Source of the DNA: Vitrella brassicaformis CCMP3155
Taxonomy: Eukaryota > Protista > Chromerida
Direction of reading: 5' to 3'
Assembly: GCA_001179505.1 (NCBI GenBank)
Contig: CDMY01000269.1
Span: 77,815 to 141,814, forward strand
Length of the DNA stretch: 64,000 nucleotides
Position 1 is the stretch's first letter; every line of letters begins with the position of its first letter. The notes beneath the pieces were generated by a model. That model made no database searches. It worked only from the letters and a program-made list of their open reading frames with translations, and was not told where the DNA came from. The translations under genes and the position numbers were made by a program. Below, piece by piece: positions 46,856 through 60,300 of the stretch.

Positions 46856-46984
46856 TAGGGAGGGACATCGATGACACGCATCTTCCTCGGTGTGACTGCA
46901 ATGACTGGACTGGTGGACTGCATGTGGTACTTGGTGTGGCGTGTGGTTCAGGCTCGCGATTCGTTGCTGCGTGCATGGGACAGC

Positions 46985-49000
46985 AAGGCCAAGCCACAGC
47001 AGAGGAGAACCAAACTGTGATGGATCGTGAGGTTCTTGGGGCGGTCTGGTGACTTCTGTGTGTCTGTCTGTCTCGTTGGGCGTTCGTGGCTATCGTGGAT
47101 GAGAGATGGATTGGGTTGATGCAGTCGAATGCAGCGATGCACGGTCGAATCATTCACTCATTGGTTCGTTAATGAAACACTCTTGTCTGTCTGTCGATCT
47201 GTACAAGGGCCGTCCATCCAGGGAGGGAGGCAAGGGAGTTCCACCAAGCGTAGAGTATGCACACGCACACACACACACACCCAGCCCGTCCCACCCCCCC
47301 CTCTTGTTTGTCTACACCACACCCATCTCTCTCTCTCTCTCTTTCTTTCCATCCCTCCCCCGTCTTGCGCCGTCGGGTGAGCTACACCGCCTCGCCGCCA
47401 CCTATAGCGAACTAGCCTGCCATCATTGCACACACACGACGATCAACACGCATGTGCGCATGACGTTCTCACACCTCACCCCCACTCCCTCTCACCCACC
47501 TGTGCCGCCGCCATCGCCGTTGTCGTCCTCATTGGGGTCCTCACCGTCGAACACTATGGGTGCGATCGGTCCCAGGACGGGGCGCGCCAGGGCGGTGGTG
47601 CGGGGTAACCGGTCCTTGAAGGGCGCATCAGCAGACACACCCACTGCTGGCGGCTCGGTCGTCAACACCCTAGCACACACTGCAGACACACAGCACAGCG
47701 GAATGGGCTGTCTGTCCAAGTGACACTCTGTCGTCTGTGGCTTGCCCTGTCCATTCCCCAAGTCTCCGATGGCGATGTATGCGATGAATGGGTGGTCAAA
47801 CGGCGTCAGCAGCAGCTCCTTGTGTGGTGCGTCGTGAATGGTAAATGCTATGACGGCCGTGGTGCCCTCGACCGGCTGGTGGACCGACTGGTCGAGCAGA
47901 CCCGCCAACACGCCGCCACGCACATCGCTGCAGACAGACACACACAGACAGGCAATGAAGCATCAGGGACGACCACAATCGGTGTGCCGCTTCCCGACTG
48001 GCCGACCGGTCTATGAATTGCTCGGTGAGATGCATGTCGTCAATTGTGCGCGCCAGGATGGTGCTCATCAAAAAGGACGAAAATGACGCCTCGGTGTACA
48101 TGTCATCAGTGTACCAGGCGTGTTCCTCCTCGTCGTAGTGGCCGATGTGGTGTCGGACGGGGGGGTCGTGGGGGCTGGTGTGTGGGTGGTAGGGGTGGGC
48201 GGGGGGCAGGGGGGTCAGATTGAGGCGGTACTCGGGCTCGTCCTTGATGGCCCGCAGGTCGCCATTGCCGTGGTCGAACAGCTCAAATCTGCCCCGCTCG
48301 CCACCGAAGTTGACTTGGCGGCCGACGATCTTCCACAGCGCGACCACACGCGGCTCAGCCAAATACGCCTGACGTCACACACATCCGTTACATCACACAC
48401 ACAGAGATGAGTGCCACCTATCCGTTCCCTTCGCCTTTCAGCCCACTCACCTGTTTGCTACGGTGTTTCTCTAAATCATGCTGTGTGACGATGACCGGCA
48501 GCTCACAGTAGGTGAGCTGATGGGCCAGCCGCAGCGCGTCGGCCGCCTCGTCCCACCGCTGGCACTCCACGAGCCACCACGCCTGCACCCACGCACACAC
48601 AGACACACACACACACACGCAGAGTATCCATCCATCCATCCATCCCACGTGTATAGGGCACCCACACCTGCAGCAGCAGCTTGCTCCCGAGATTGTCTAC
48701 GTCGAATGTCACTACGGCATCCAGCGGCGTCCCGTCGATGAGTTGGGTGTCGTGCAGGGCGCGGCGGAGGCGGCGGCGGAGCACAGCCGGCTCGAAGTCG
48801 ACGCGCGAGAGGAACCGGGCGCTGATTCTGAGGTTGCCGACCGCCTTGATCTTGTGCAGTTCATCCCTGCCCTCTCGATGAATGACGTCGAGGCTCTGGT
48901 TGCGGATTGCAGGCCAGTCCTGCTGGCTGCTCGTCCTCGGCACTCTGTTGCCCATGCCCTCACGTCCCCTGGCCCTCCCGAAACCCTGGAACCCAAACCC
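46985..49000 (-). repeat. Inverted paralogous copy of about 6140-8470 (family F gene plus 3' non-coding flank)
   Basis: For example GTGCATCGCTGCATTCGACTGCATCAA at about 8280 recurs reverse-complemented at about 47115-47140; intron and flanking sequence are both alignable. Confidence 0.88.
47412..48955 (-). CDS. Family F copy 2 (paralog of 6180-8017)
   Basis: Same exon chain: MGNRVPRTSSQQDWPAIR...; AWWLVECQRWDEAADALR...; AEPRVVALWKIVGRQVNFGGERGRFELFDHG...; PFKDRLPRTTALARPVLGP. Confidence 0.78.
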
Positions 49001-49128
49001 TTCAAACCTTGAAACCCTCCTGAGTCGAGGGAGCGCAAGCCGAATCACGTTCCCCTCGGGGTTACAGACACGAGTCTCGTTAAACACAATAACCAACCAA
49101 CCAACGTTCGTCTGCAAGTCCTCCTTTT

Positions 49129-49364
49129 GCCCTGGTTAGTTCTGATATTGGAACCGTCAGATCTCGTCGGATCCGCAACCCCGTTTGCTGACACCCAAAA
49201 CAGTCGTCCGGGATGCCGTCCTTTCCGTCCGTTCAGGAGCACTCGCCCTGGTTAGTTCTGATATTGGAACCGTCAGATCTCGTCGGATCCGCAACCCCGT
49301 TTGCTGACACCCAAAACAGTCGTCCGGGATGCCGTCCTTTCCGTCCGTTCAGGAGCACTCGCCC
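49129..49364 (+). repeat. Perfect 116-bp tandem duplication spanning the 5' leader and start codon of dispanin-like copy E
   Basis: The unit starting GCCCTGGTTAGTTCTG occurs at 49129 and 49245 with GCCC at the junctions; ATG present at 49213 and 49329. Confidence 0.92.
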
Positions 49365-49870
49365 ACGCCCGTACCGCAGTCGTCCACGCTTCCCTCCGCC
49401 CCTCCTGGCTTCGTCCAGCCGGCGCCGTACGCCATCGGACAGCCGCTGGCGATGGCGGCTGACCCAACGTACACGCAGATGGTCCAGGGAGGGGCGGGAG
49501 GGCCCGTTGTTCAGCAGCCGTATGTGCAGCCGCAGCCGTTTGGCGGAGCTCACGTCATCCACGTGGTCGAGGTGCAGGACAGAGCTGAAGAATCTATGCT
49601 CACCTGCGCAAAGGTGACATAGATCGAGAGATGGGCAGATGCTCGCACAGGCAGACATTCTCCCTCTGTGTGTGTGGGCAGATATCGTGTGTGTTGTCGA
49701 TATTCTCCCCCATCATCGGCTGCATCGCCTTCTGTGTCAACCTGGATGCCAAGAGGGGGACGGAGAGGTACAGGTGGGCCCGCTACTGCCTCATGACCGC
49801 TTTCGCCGTCATCGCTCTGGTCATCATCCTGCGGCTCATCGTGCTGTCAGTGTGGTTGGGTGAGGTGTGA
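49329..49870 (+). CDS. Dispanin-like copy E, 2 exons, intact
   Basis: MPSFPSVQEHSPTPVPQ...EESMLTCAK (to 49613) | ISCVLSIFSPIIGCIAFCVNLDAKRGTERYRWARYCLMTAFAVIALVIILRLIVLSVWLGEV* (from 49682); closest to copy C. Confidence 0.8.
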
Positions 49871-51362
49871 GCGAGAGCATCTCGCTGGCCTGGCGCCTCC
49901 ACGACGGCCGTGAGGGCTCGTTGTGTTGTGATGCGATGTTGGTGTTCTGCCTGCCCTGCTTTGCCGACTGACTGACGCCGCTGTGAGTGATTTGGAGCAC
50001 ATGAAGATGTTTCCTGGCTCACACACTGCCGTGTGGGCAAGGCAATGTCCTTTATGCGGTTCATGTTGGTCACGAAGGCTGTCTGTTGAAGTAGGGTTTT
50101 GTTATTTTGTCAGCGTGCATACAACGGGAATGATTGTGAGTATCGCCGTCCTGTACATCTGTGTCTGCTGTGCTGTGTCTAACCTTCCCTCCCTCTTAAC
50201 TAGCCGAGTGTCGCCTGGCCTGTGCTGTGTGTGCATCGATGCATCGAGATGTGTGTGTGTATGTGTGTGTGTGTGTGTGTTTCTGAATAGGCCTTCCTTG
50301 ATTGACTTGACTGCCTTGTGGGTGGTAGGGCTGGGCTGCAGTGAGTGCATCCCATACACAGTACTGATGCCGTCTGGTCTGGACGGACCCAAGTAGATAG
50401 GGAGGGAAGGGAGATCTGATGGTTGTGAGGAGGCAGCTCTGAGTCGACCCTTCTGTTGATTGACCGGGGATGAATGAATGAAAGCCGTGTGCAATGCAAT
50501 GGACCGATGTGTCAGATAGATCGTATCAGGCCTCGTCCGCCGTCAGTCAGCAACAGACGCACACACACACACACACACACATCGCATGCAGTCCGTATGC
50601 TCCCCAGCAGATGAAGTCAGCAAAGAATGGCCCCACTGCAGCCCGTCTGCTATGAATGACCTAATCCACCACAGCAACCAGCGTTACCAATTCCTGTCAT
50701 CACACCACCAAGACACATACACAACGAGAGACAGAGAGCAGACACGAGACAGGGCGGCGATTGCCCGGTTTGCCCGCGATGTTTTTTGTGAGGGCATGCG
50801 CATTCGGGACGCCCTGACGGCAGTCATTGCTGAGACAGGCCAAGTGTGGGCTGAGGCCAAAGTTTTTTGCGCCTCCTTTTTCGTGAGGCGCTCTGAGCGG
50901 TTTTATTGATATGTCCATAGGTGCGACGTGTCCCGATGACGCCCTGATGTGGATAGTCACATGCAGTCAGTACATAAACCCTGACTGACAGAGAGTGCTC
51001 TTTTCTCGATGGTGACTCGATCAAAGAACCCACCCACCCATACAACGTCTACATGACGTGAATGTCTTCACAATGAAAGAGACACGTGCCACCACCAACC
51101 AACTGACACACGTGCAGCCAGACAGGGATGGCGTGGCCCACTGGACTGGACTGCGACAAGCAGCTCTTAAAAGATATGGACACACTCCATCAAGCTGGTC
51201 TGTCTGTCTGTGTCAACGAAGGCAAGAAAGGCGATCCATCTGATTGCAAAAGCGAGGGAAAAATGTCTTGCATATGGCGGAAGAATGCATGTGGACACGC
51301 TGATGAATAGATGTATTCGCCGATGTAGATGTGCAAAGGTAGGTAGATTGCTACACAAATGC

Positions 51363-54300
51363 TCATCCGTCTCGGCGGTTGATGATGCGGCGGATGAAAA
51401 ACTTGACGACTTGCAAGTCGGATATGCCCCCGAAGACGGCCTCTCGGGCCACATCGATGAGTGCCGCCTCCACCCGCACCTCATCAGATGCACCGCTGTC
51501 TTGGGGCGGCTCCACCAGCAGCGACATGCTCATGCCGGATATGCCATACTGCACACACAGCACAGACATTGACATGTGCTGTGTGTGTTGTGTGTTGACT
51601 GACCTCTTTGACTTTGTCGATGACGTGTTGCAGTTTGCCGCCGTGGCGCTGCTTCTTGTCGGCCGCCATCATGTCCATCTCACGCTCGATGGCCGAGACC
51701 AGACGACCTGAGTCCCACAGCTGACCGGCAGCCAGGCCTCCCCCACCCCTCACACCATCCCCGGGTGGCCACTGGACGGCCCCCCGCCGCTTCAGTGCCC
51801 GCAGGAAGCGCCGCAGCTGCGCTATGATGACGAGTGCGATGCCCTTTGGCAGGCCGAGGTCGCGGCCGATGTCCTCACCAGCCGCCACACTGTCGATGTC
51901 ATCCAACATGTCCAACAAACTCACTGCCGTAGTGATCTCCACCTGCACACACCGACATGACAACACACACATTCACGCAGAGTGCCTCCACTCATGTGTG
52001 TTGCTTCGCCGCTGACCATGATGTTGTCGGCAACGTGTCGCATGTCGGGTGATGGGTGGGCCTTGAGCAGCTCCACCAGCTGACCCTTCGTCAGCTCATC
52101 GAACGGAATCACAGCTCCCTCCCTCTCGCCATTGCCGTCGTCCCGTCCCCCCTCCCGTCCGTGGCCGTGCGTCGCCCCATCCGCCATGCGATCGGGCGTC
52201 TCGGCATCTCGTGTCTGTTGAGGCGCATCGGGTGCCTTGGGGACATGGACGCGCTGATAGGGTGGCGGCCGCATCGTCAGGGCGAAATCGGGCGGAATGT
52301 CGCCACTCGACAGCTTCTCGGCACCCGCCGCCTTGAGCGGCTTGGGCAGGGCTGGTCTGGGGTGCTGGTGACCGGGCTGATGAATGAATCGGTTGGCGGC
52401 CTCCTTGATGTCCTCGCCGTCACGCTGCCCCACCATGGCCGGCAGATCATGGCGCACAAACGAGTCGATGGACGCAAAGCTGAGAGCTGGGACGGCCGCC
52501 AGCATCGCCCCAATGTTGTGACCCACTTGACCAAACACACGACAGAGGACCATCCGCTGGGCGTGTGTCATGGGCTGCTGGTCCTCAGTGCCGGTGTCCA
52601 TCTCCTGCTGGCGGCATGCCCACGCGGCATCGATGGCCGCCCCCATGGCCTCCCTGGTGGCCGCTGAGAGGGGCGCAGACTGCACCGGGGTGCCCGGCAG
52701 GACCACCTCGACGGCGAGCTGGGTCAGGGCAGACCCACTCCTGAACCGCAGACAGAGAGGCGTGTCGGGATGGGCTCGGCCGAGTGCCTCCAGCTGCTGG
52801 TAGAAGTGGCGAATCAGGTCTCCCTGCTGGACCGGCGTCACACGAGGGCCGCGAGTGGGCGTGTGATGATCCTGCAGCCCACCAGGGGGGCCCTCCCGCA
52901 GTTCACTTCGGGCCTCGATGTCCGAGGGATTGCGGTCGAATCGGTCGTCTCTGGGGGGCAGCGGTCGGTTGGTGACACGGCGAGCCGTAGGGTGCAGAGG
53001 CACACCGCCCCCCACACCACCGTCACGCAGCTGAGGCGCCAGTCGCTGTCTGCCGGGCAGAGGACGTTCGTCGCCATCGTCGGCCCTTGTGGCATCAGCC
53101 TGGTCGCCANNNNNNNNNNNNNNNNNNNNNNNNNNNNNNNNNNNNNNNNNNNNNNNNNNNNNNNNNNNNNNNNNNNNNNNNNNNNNNNNNNNNNNNNNNN
53201 NNNNNNNNNNNNNNNNNNNNNNNNNNNNNNNNNNNNNNNNNNNNNNNNNNNNNNNNNNNNNNNNNNNNNNNNNNNNNNNNNNNNNNNNNNNNNNNNNNNN
53301 NNNNNNNNNNNNNNNNNNNNNNNNNNNNNNNNNNNNNNNNNNNNNNNNNNNNNNNNNNNNNNNNNNNNNNNNNNNNNNNNNNNNNNNNNNNNNNNNNNNN
53401 NNNNNNNNNACTCGACGGCTTGGCGGAAGGCCGTCAAGATGGCCTCACGGGAGGTGACGTCCTCGCCGACACCGAACTGGCGAAGATCGACAGTGGCCGC
53501 AGCCTGGCTGTCCCAGAAGTAGCCCTCGAACACATAGATTGCCCGCCAGGAGACGCCGACACTGACACACACACATATCCAGAGACGAGTCCCTCATGAC
53601 ATCCGTCCGTCCATTGTCGCTGCGAGTCGTCCTCCCTCGCTTACCCTCCGTTGTTGAGGCAGAGGGAGTGGACATTTGGCTGCTCCTGACGCAGCCGCCG
53701 CATCAGTCCACGACCCAACGCGTCGCCCGTCAGCCCGCCCAGGTCGTAGCGGTCAGGCGCAGGCGAGAGGCCGCCATCCTCCTCGTCCATCCGCCGCTGC
53801 TTGTTTCGCTGGCTGCCATTGCGGCCCTCACGTGAGCCACTGCTGTCGCTGCCGCTCCATGGAGGCGCCCCTCTCTCGAACGGGGAGTGCCGCTGCTCCA
53901 TCAAGGCCCGTTTGTGCCGGCTGGCGGCATCCATAGCAGCCTCGTAGCCCAGCCTGGTGTGATGCCGATTGGTCTTCTGAAGCTGTTTGATGAATCGACT
54001 GGCGGCCTCCTTGATGTCCTCGCCGTCACGCTGCCCCACCATGGCCGGCAGCTCACGGCGCACAAACGAGTCGATAGACGCAAAGCTCAGAGCTGGGACG
54101 GCAGCCAGCATCGCCCCAATGTTGTGACCCACTTGACTGTACACGCGGCAGAGGACCATCCGCTGGGCGTGTGTCATGGGCTGCTGGTCCTCAGTGCCGT
54201 CAATGTCCATCTCCTGCTGGCGGCATGCCCACGCGGCATCGATGGCCGCCCCCATGGCCTCCCTGGTGGCCGCTGAGAGGGGCACAGACTGCACCGGGGT

Positions 54301-57300
54301 GCCCGGCAGGACCACCTCGACGGCCAGCTGGGTCAGGGCAGACCCACTCCTGAACCGCAGGCAGAGAGGCGTGTCGGGATGGGCTCGGCCGAGTGCCTCC
54401 AGCTGCTGGTAGAAGTGGCGAATCAGGTCTCCCTGCTGGACCGGCGTCACACGAGGGCCGCGAGTGGGCGTGTGATGATCCTGCAGCCCACCAGGGGGGC
54501 CCTCCCGCAGTTCACTTCGGGCCTCGATGTCCGAGGGATTGCGGTCGAATCGGTCGTCTCTGCGGGGCAGCGGTCGGTTGGTGACACGGCGAGCCGTAGG
54601 GTGCAGAGGCACACCGCCCCCCACACCACCGTCACGCAGCTGAGGCGCCAGTCGCTGTCTGCCGGGCAGAGGACGTTCGTCGCCATCGTCGGCCCTTGTG
54701 GCATCAGCCTGGTCGCCATCCAGCACCGCCGCTCGCTCTGACGTGTCCAATCGCTCCATCTTCCGTCTGTGCGCGATGGCGGCCTTCTTAGCACCCTCGA
54801 AGCCAAGCTGCCTGACGGAGAAGGGCTTGTTCTTCTGCTTGCCGGTCTGCTGCCAGCTCGAGCGCCATGAGTTGTTTACCTTGTCGTAGCTGACGCCCTT
54901 GACGCCGCTCTGGTGTGCCGCTCTCTTCATGACTGCTGCCCTCCCCGTACGCTCCATCTCACGACGATACTGCTCGGCCAACGCCTGAAGGAAGAGCACG
55001 CGAAATGAGTGCTATTGGTCTTTGCTGTCGCTTGTGCTTTGTACCTTAGCTTTCTCGAAGCCGTGCTTCTTGACAGTGAAGTACTTGCTCCTCATCTTGG
55101 GGTCCCCCCTCTCGTACCACGATGACACCCACGCCTGAGACTTCTCATACCAGAAGACACCCGACACGTCAGATTGGTGCTCGGCAGCCCTTCGTATGCC
55201 CTGGCCGGTCTTGGTTGTCTTGCCACTGTTGGGGCTCGGCCGCCTCTCGATGGCTGATGGGCTGCTACTGCCGAGAGCCCCATCTCTCCGGCGTTGCTTG
55301 CGAGAGCGGCTGTGGTCGGATGACTCGTCACGCACCGACAGGCTCAGCTCCTCAACCCCCTGCCGCTGCCGGTTGAGCCATGAGAGGCCGATAATGGTCG
55401 CTCGGTCGCCGAGTTGGTCACGGTGGATGGTGTTGCGGTACGCCACACATTGACGGAGCGCCTCGAGGACGCAGTCACGGGAGTCGGGATCTTCGATGAC
55501 GAACTTGCGGAAGCCCAGGTGCTTGCCCTGTTTGTAGAAGTAGGCCGCGAAGCGTGTCGGTGAAGCCAAAGAGATGCCGACCCTGAGAGAGGGCACAGCC
55601 AACACAAAGGATAACGAATGTGTCGACTTCCCGTGTCCGGTGCGTTGCTGACCCTCCATTGGCGGGCGGACAGGCGTCGCTGAAGCGTCGTATCAGTCGG
55701 TTCGCTAGGGCTTTGGCGAGGGCAGTCCCAGTGAGCCCATCCAGGTCGGCCTCATCGCGCGCTCTCTTGCGGTCGACAGTCTTGCGCTTGGGGGCGGGGC
55801 GACGCGGCGACCCCCTCTCTTGGTCGCTGCGGCGACGCGTCTGACGAGTACCGGTAGGGCGCGCAGGGACAGCCAGCTGGGCATTGCTGTTGTGCGTGCA
55901 TTCGGGGCAGAACCACTTGCCCTTGGGGACGGCCGTCAGCTGGACGCAGTAGGTGTGGTAGGCCGCAGAGCAGCCCACGTTGTCACACAAGAGTAGTAGC
56001 TGCTCATCGTCGCCCTTGCCGCACTCCCAGCACCGCACCGAATCATCCGAACCACTCCCCGCCTCCTCAATGTCGTTGGTGCTCACCCTCTTGCGCCCTC
56101 GCCTGCCGCTGTGACTGGTGAACTCGGGGGGAAGGGGGCGGCGCGGCGGACTCGAGCTGCTGCTGTCGCGGTAGTCGCTGTCACCCCCCTCACCACCAGA
56201 CGACAGTGATGATGTTGAATAGCCCTGCCACTCCGACTCAGACGGTGAAGCCATGTCGGCATCGCGGCTGGCCTCACTTGACCGTGGCTTGGGGCCGCGA
56301 CGCCCGACTGAAGAGACGGACGGGGGAATGCGCCGATGGGGTGAAGAGCTCGGTTGGACATCAGACCTTTGACCCAAGTGCTGAGATGACGCCATGCTGC
56401 CGCCCCGCATATCGACGTCATTCTCCTGTGCAGCGGGGGCCGACGGCTGAGGGCGGGAAGCCTCCGCTCGACCGTGGCCGGCGGCAGAGTGGTGAGGAGA
56501 AGGTGGCTGGTGGACGGGCTGGCTGCCGCTGCCCAAGAGGGTGTAGTGCCTCTCCTCCATAGCACGGCGATGTGCGATGGCTGCCTGCTTGGCAGGCTCG
56601 TAGCCGAGCTCAGCGACGGAGAAGGACTTGGTCTTCGTTTTGCCCCCCAGCTGCCATTTGGCCGCCCAGCGCTTGAATCTCCCGTTGTAGTTGACGCCCC
56701 GCACGCCGCTCTGATGCTCAGACCTCTGCTGGACGGATGCCTGGCCGGTGCACTCCATCTCGCGACGATGGTGCTCGGCCAACTCCTGATCCATACGTTT
56801 GAGGAAATGGAGAGTGAGATAGAGGTGGGGTGCTTGAGTGAATTGTCGGTACCTTTGCTTTGTCGAATCCGTGCTCCTTGACGTAGAACTGCTTGCGCTT
56901 CTGCTTGCCGTTGTTCTTGTCGTACCACTTCGCTTGCCAGTACTGACCCTGCTCACACCAGTAGACGCCTGTCACGTCTGAGTGATGCTCGGCCCTCTGA
57001 ACGAAGGTCTTCTTCTTGCCCCGGGTGGCCCTGCGCCTCGGCTGTCCATCACGCGAAGAAACGTCATCAGCCCAATCCATGTCGTTATCGCCAGCAACAC
57101 CGCCCACATCCGCCCGGCCACCGTCATGATGTGCCGGACACTTGGAAGCCATACCACTACTCGTGCCTTTATCGGCGTCATCCTTGTCCGTCGGCTGTGG
57201 CTGCAGCTTGATGCGCCACACGTCGACCACGATTGCACCGTCGCCAGCCGTGGCGTTGCGGTGGTGCGCCGCTTGGGCGAAGGCACGCAGAATGAGCCGG

Positions 57301-60300
57301 GATGAGGTCACGTCAGACACACTGAAGACACGCTCGTCGTGCCTGGCCTCCCCGTCTGGTCGGTAAGCCACAAGGCTGGCCTCCTCGCCGCGCCACTCGA
57401 GACCGAGACTGAGTGAAGCACACATCAGGGAAGAGGAAAATGAGTGGCCTATTCCACGAGACTACATCGTTCTGCCCACCTGTCGGCATCGCCTCGGTTT
57501 ACGTCCGCGAGCTGCCGCTTTGCCTGCTCCACCAGGCTGGCTGCCAGAGAATGGCCGCCCGCATCACTCAGCCTCGCCGACACAATTCTTTCCTTCCCGC
57601 CGCCCGACTGGTCACGACGTCGTCTGGCCCCCGGTCGATGTGACAGCTGCTCGCCCTCACGACGGCGATGTGTCTCCGATGTGGGTCGAATGGGAGGCGG
57701 CATGAGTTCATCCTGACTGTCCCTCCTGCTGCCCGGGCGATGGCTGGGCTCCCCACTCTCCGGACCAAACGGGTCGGCAATCGGCCTCTCACTGACACGA
57801 TGTGCGGAGCGGCCTCTGTGGCGGCGCCCAGGCTGAATATGGGATGGCATAAGGTCATTGCTGTCAAGTGTGTGGTCACTGGGCCCTCAGACAGAGACGG
57901 GGGCGGCATGGGCTTGCGCCTCGCTCTGTTGCCACGGCGCATCCGAGGTCGATTGCAGCCGTCGGGGCTGATGTCATCGAGCCAGCTGATGTCCAGGGGT
58001 GCGGAGGCCTCTCCCTCACTAGCAGTGCTCAGACGGTTGAGCTCCTCGACGGCGCGGCGAAAAGCGGCGATGACGGCCGAACGGGAGCTGAGGTCGACCA
58101 CCGGCACATCGACGATGCGGTCCTCGCCATCTTCCCCGACAGAGGACGGCACACGGACACGGAAGCCGCCGTCCTGCCAACACAGCCCGCATGACCTGCC
58201 CGAAAGAGCCAAACCCACACACACATGCACACATTTGACGATCCTGGCCCTTCCGTCCCTTTTCTGTCTTACCCGTCGCTGCTGAGGACGTCGACGAGGG
58301 CAGCAGCCAGGTCGCCGCCCTCCATCTCACCCACACCTGGCCTGCTGCTGGGGGGGCCCTGGCGGCGCAGCGAAAGAATCTCATCATCATCATCATCATT
58401 GTGGCGGCTGCGGGAATGGCTCTCTTCTCCCGTCGCCCCTGCCTCTGCAGTGTGGCGCCGCTGCTCCATCTCCCGTCTGTGTGCGATGGCCGCCTGTTTG
58501 GCCTCCCCGTAGCCGAGCTCAGCCACTGAGAAGGACTTGCTCTTCCGCCTGCTGCCCTCACGCCATTGGGCCACCCAGTAGCCGCCGTTTTTTTGGTCGT
58601 AGTAGACGAACCGCACGCCGCTCTGGTGGCCAGATCTCCGCTGGACTGATGCCCTCCCTGTGCGCTCCATCTCACAACGATGCTGCTCGGCTAGCGCCTG
58701 GTGCACACGACAGACACGAGAAGAGATTGACGACCGCCGTTGGCGTCGCTGTTGTCAGTACCTTAGCTTTGTCGAAGCCGTGATGTTTGACATAGAAATA
58801 CTTGCTCTTCATCTTGGGGTCCCCCCTCTCGTACCAAGTCACCCTCCATGCTTTTTCCCTTTTCGCCCAGGAGACGGCACGGACGTCTGACCGGTACCTG
58901 CCTTCGCTGGCGTTGGGCGTCGGTGATCCGTCTTGGGCCGGAGGGCAGCTGCCGAGCGGATGTGTGTGGCGAGGCTTCGGTGATGGGCTGCTATCGACGG
59001 CTGACTCCTCATCGGCGGGCCCCGCCGACTGGGTGACTCTCTCCCCGCTCACAGTGGACTGAGGCCGATGACCATGGCGACGTTTGGCCGACAGACCTGG
59101 AGAAAACAATACAGACAGTCACAACTGCTGGGTGAGTATCACACACAGGGTGGGTACCTTTGTGACGGCGTGGCTCGTTGTGAGATGGCTCAGCCACCCA
59201 ACCACCAGCAGCAGCAGGGGGCATACACGAGGGGCCGGGTGCACCGATGGGTGGCGCGTCGGTGGCGCGGCCAGGAGCGCTGCTCGACTCTGCACACACG
59301 AAAAGACAGCAGCAAGCACACAATGATATGCATCAAAGTCCCCCAGCCTCCTGTCATCCCGACCATGTAATGGCCTGCCTCTGCAGCCCTTGGGCTCAAT
59401 GCGGGGCGGCATGGGGTCACGCTTGTCGAGTGGCGGCGGCATGGACCCGTGGCGCTGGAGAGGCGAGTTGCCATCCCCTGCTGCCCCTCGCTGCCTCTCC
59501 TCGAGCCACAAGAGGTCGATGAGCACCGCCTGGTCGCCCAGACGCGAGCTGTGCAGGGCGTTGCGATACTCGACGGCTTGGCGGAAGGCCGTCAAGATGG
59601 CCTCACGGGAGGTGACGTCCTCGCCGACACCGAACTGGCGAAGATCGACAGTGGCCGCAGCCTGGCTGTCCCAGAAGTAGCCCTCGAACACATAGATTGC
59701 CCGCCAGGAGACGCCGACACTGACACACACACATATCCAGAGACGAGTCCCTCATGACATCCGTCCGTCCATTGTCGCTGCGAGTCGTCCTCCCTCGCTT
59801 ACCCTCCGTTGTTGAGGCAGAGGGAGTGGACATTTGGCTGCTCCTGACGCAGCCGCCGCATCAGTCCACGACCCAACGCGTCGCCCGTCAGCCCGCCCAG
59901 GTCGTAGCGGTCAGGCGCAGGCGAGAGGCCGCCATCCTCCTCGTCCATCCGCCGCTGCTTGTTTCGCTGGCTGCCATTGCGGCCCTCACGTGAGCCACTG
60001 CTGTCGCTGCCGCTCCATGNNNNNNNNNNNNNNNNNNNNNNNNNNNNNNNNNNNNNNNNNNNNNNNNNNNNNNNNNNNNNNNNNNNNNNNNNNNNNNNNN
60101 NNNNNNNNNNNNNNNNNNNNNNNNNNNNNNNNNNNNNNNNNNNNNNNNNNNNNNNNNNNNNNNNNNNNNNNNNNNNNNNNNNNNNNNNNNNNNNNNNNNN
60201 NNNNNNNNNNNNNNNNNNNNNNNNNNNNNNNNNNNNNNNNNNNNNNNNNNNNNNNNNNNNNNNNNNNNNNNNNNNNNNNNNNNNNNNNNNNNNNNNNNNN

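Noticed and set aside
50586-50909. 107-aa ORF and a small GCGCCTC/GAGGCGC hairpin at about 50869-50891
   Set aside because: No homolog in the window, no motif, and a 7-bp stem is expected by chance.
51030-51220. Similarity to about 11340-11700
   Set aside because: Explained as the shared 3' flank of the AP2 paralogs, not a separate element.
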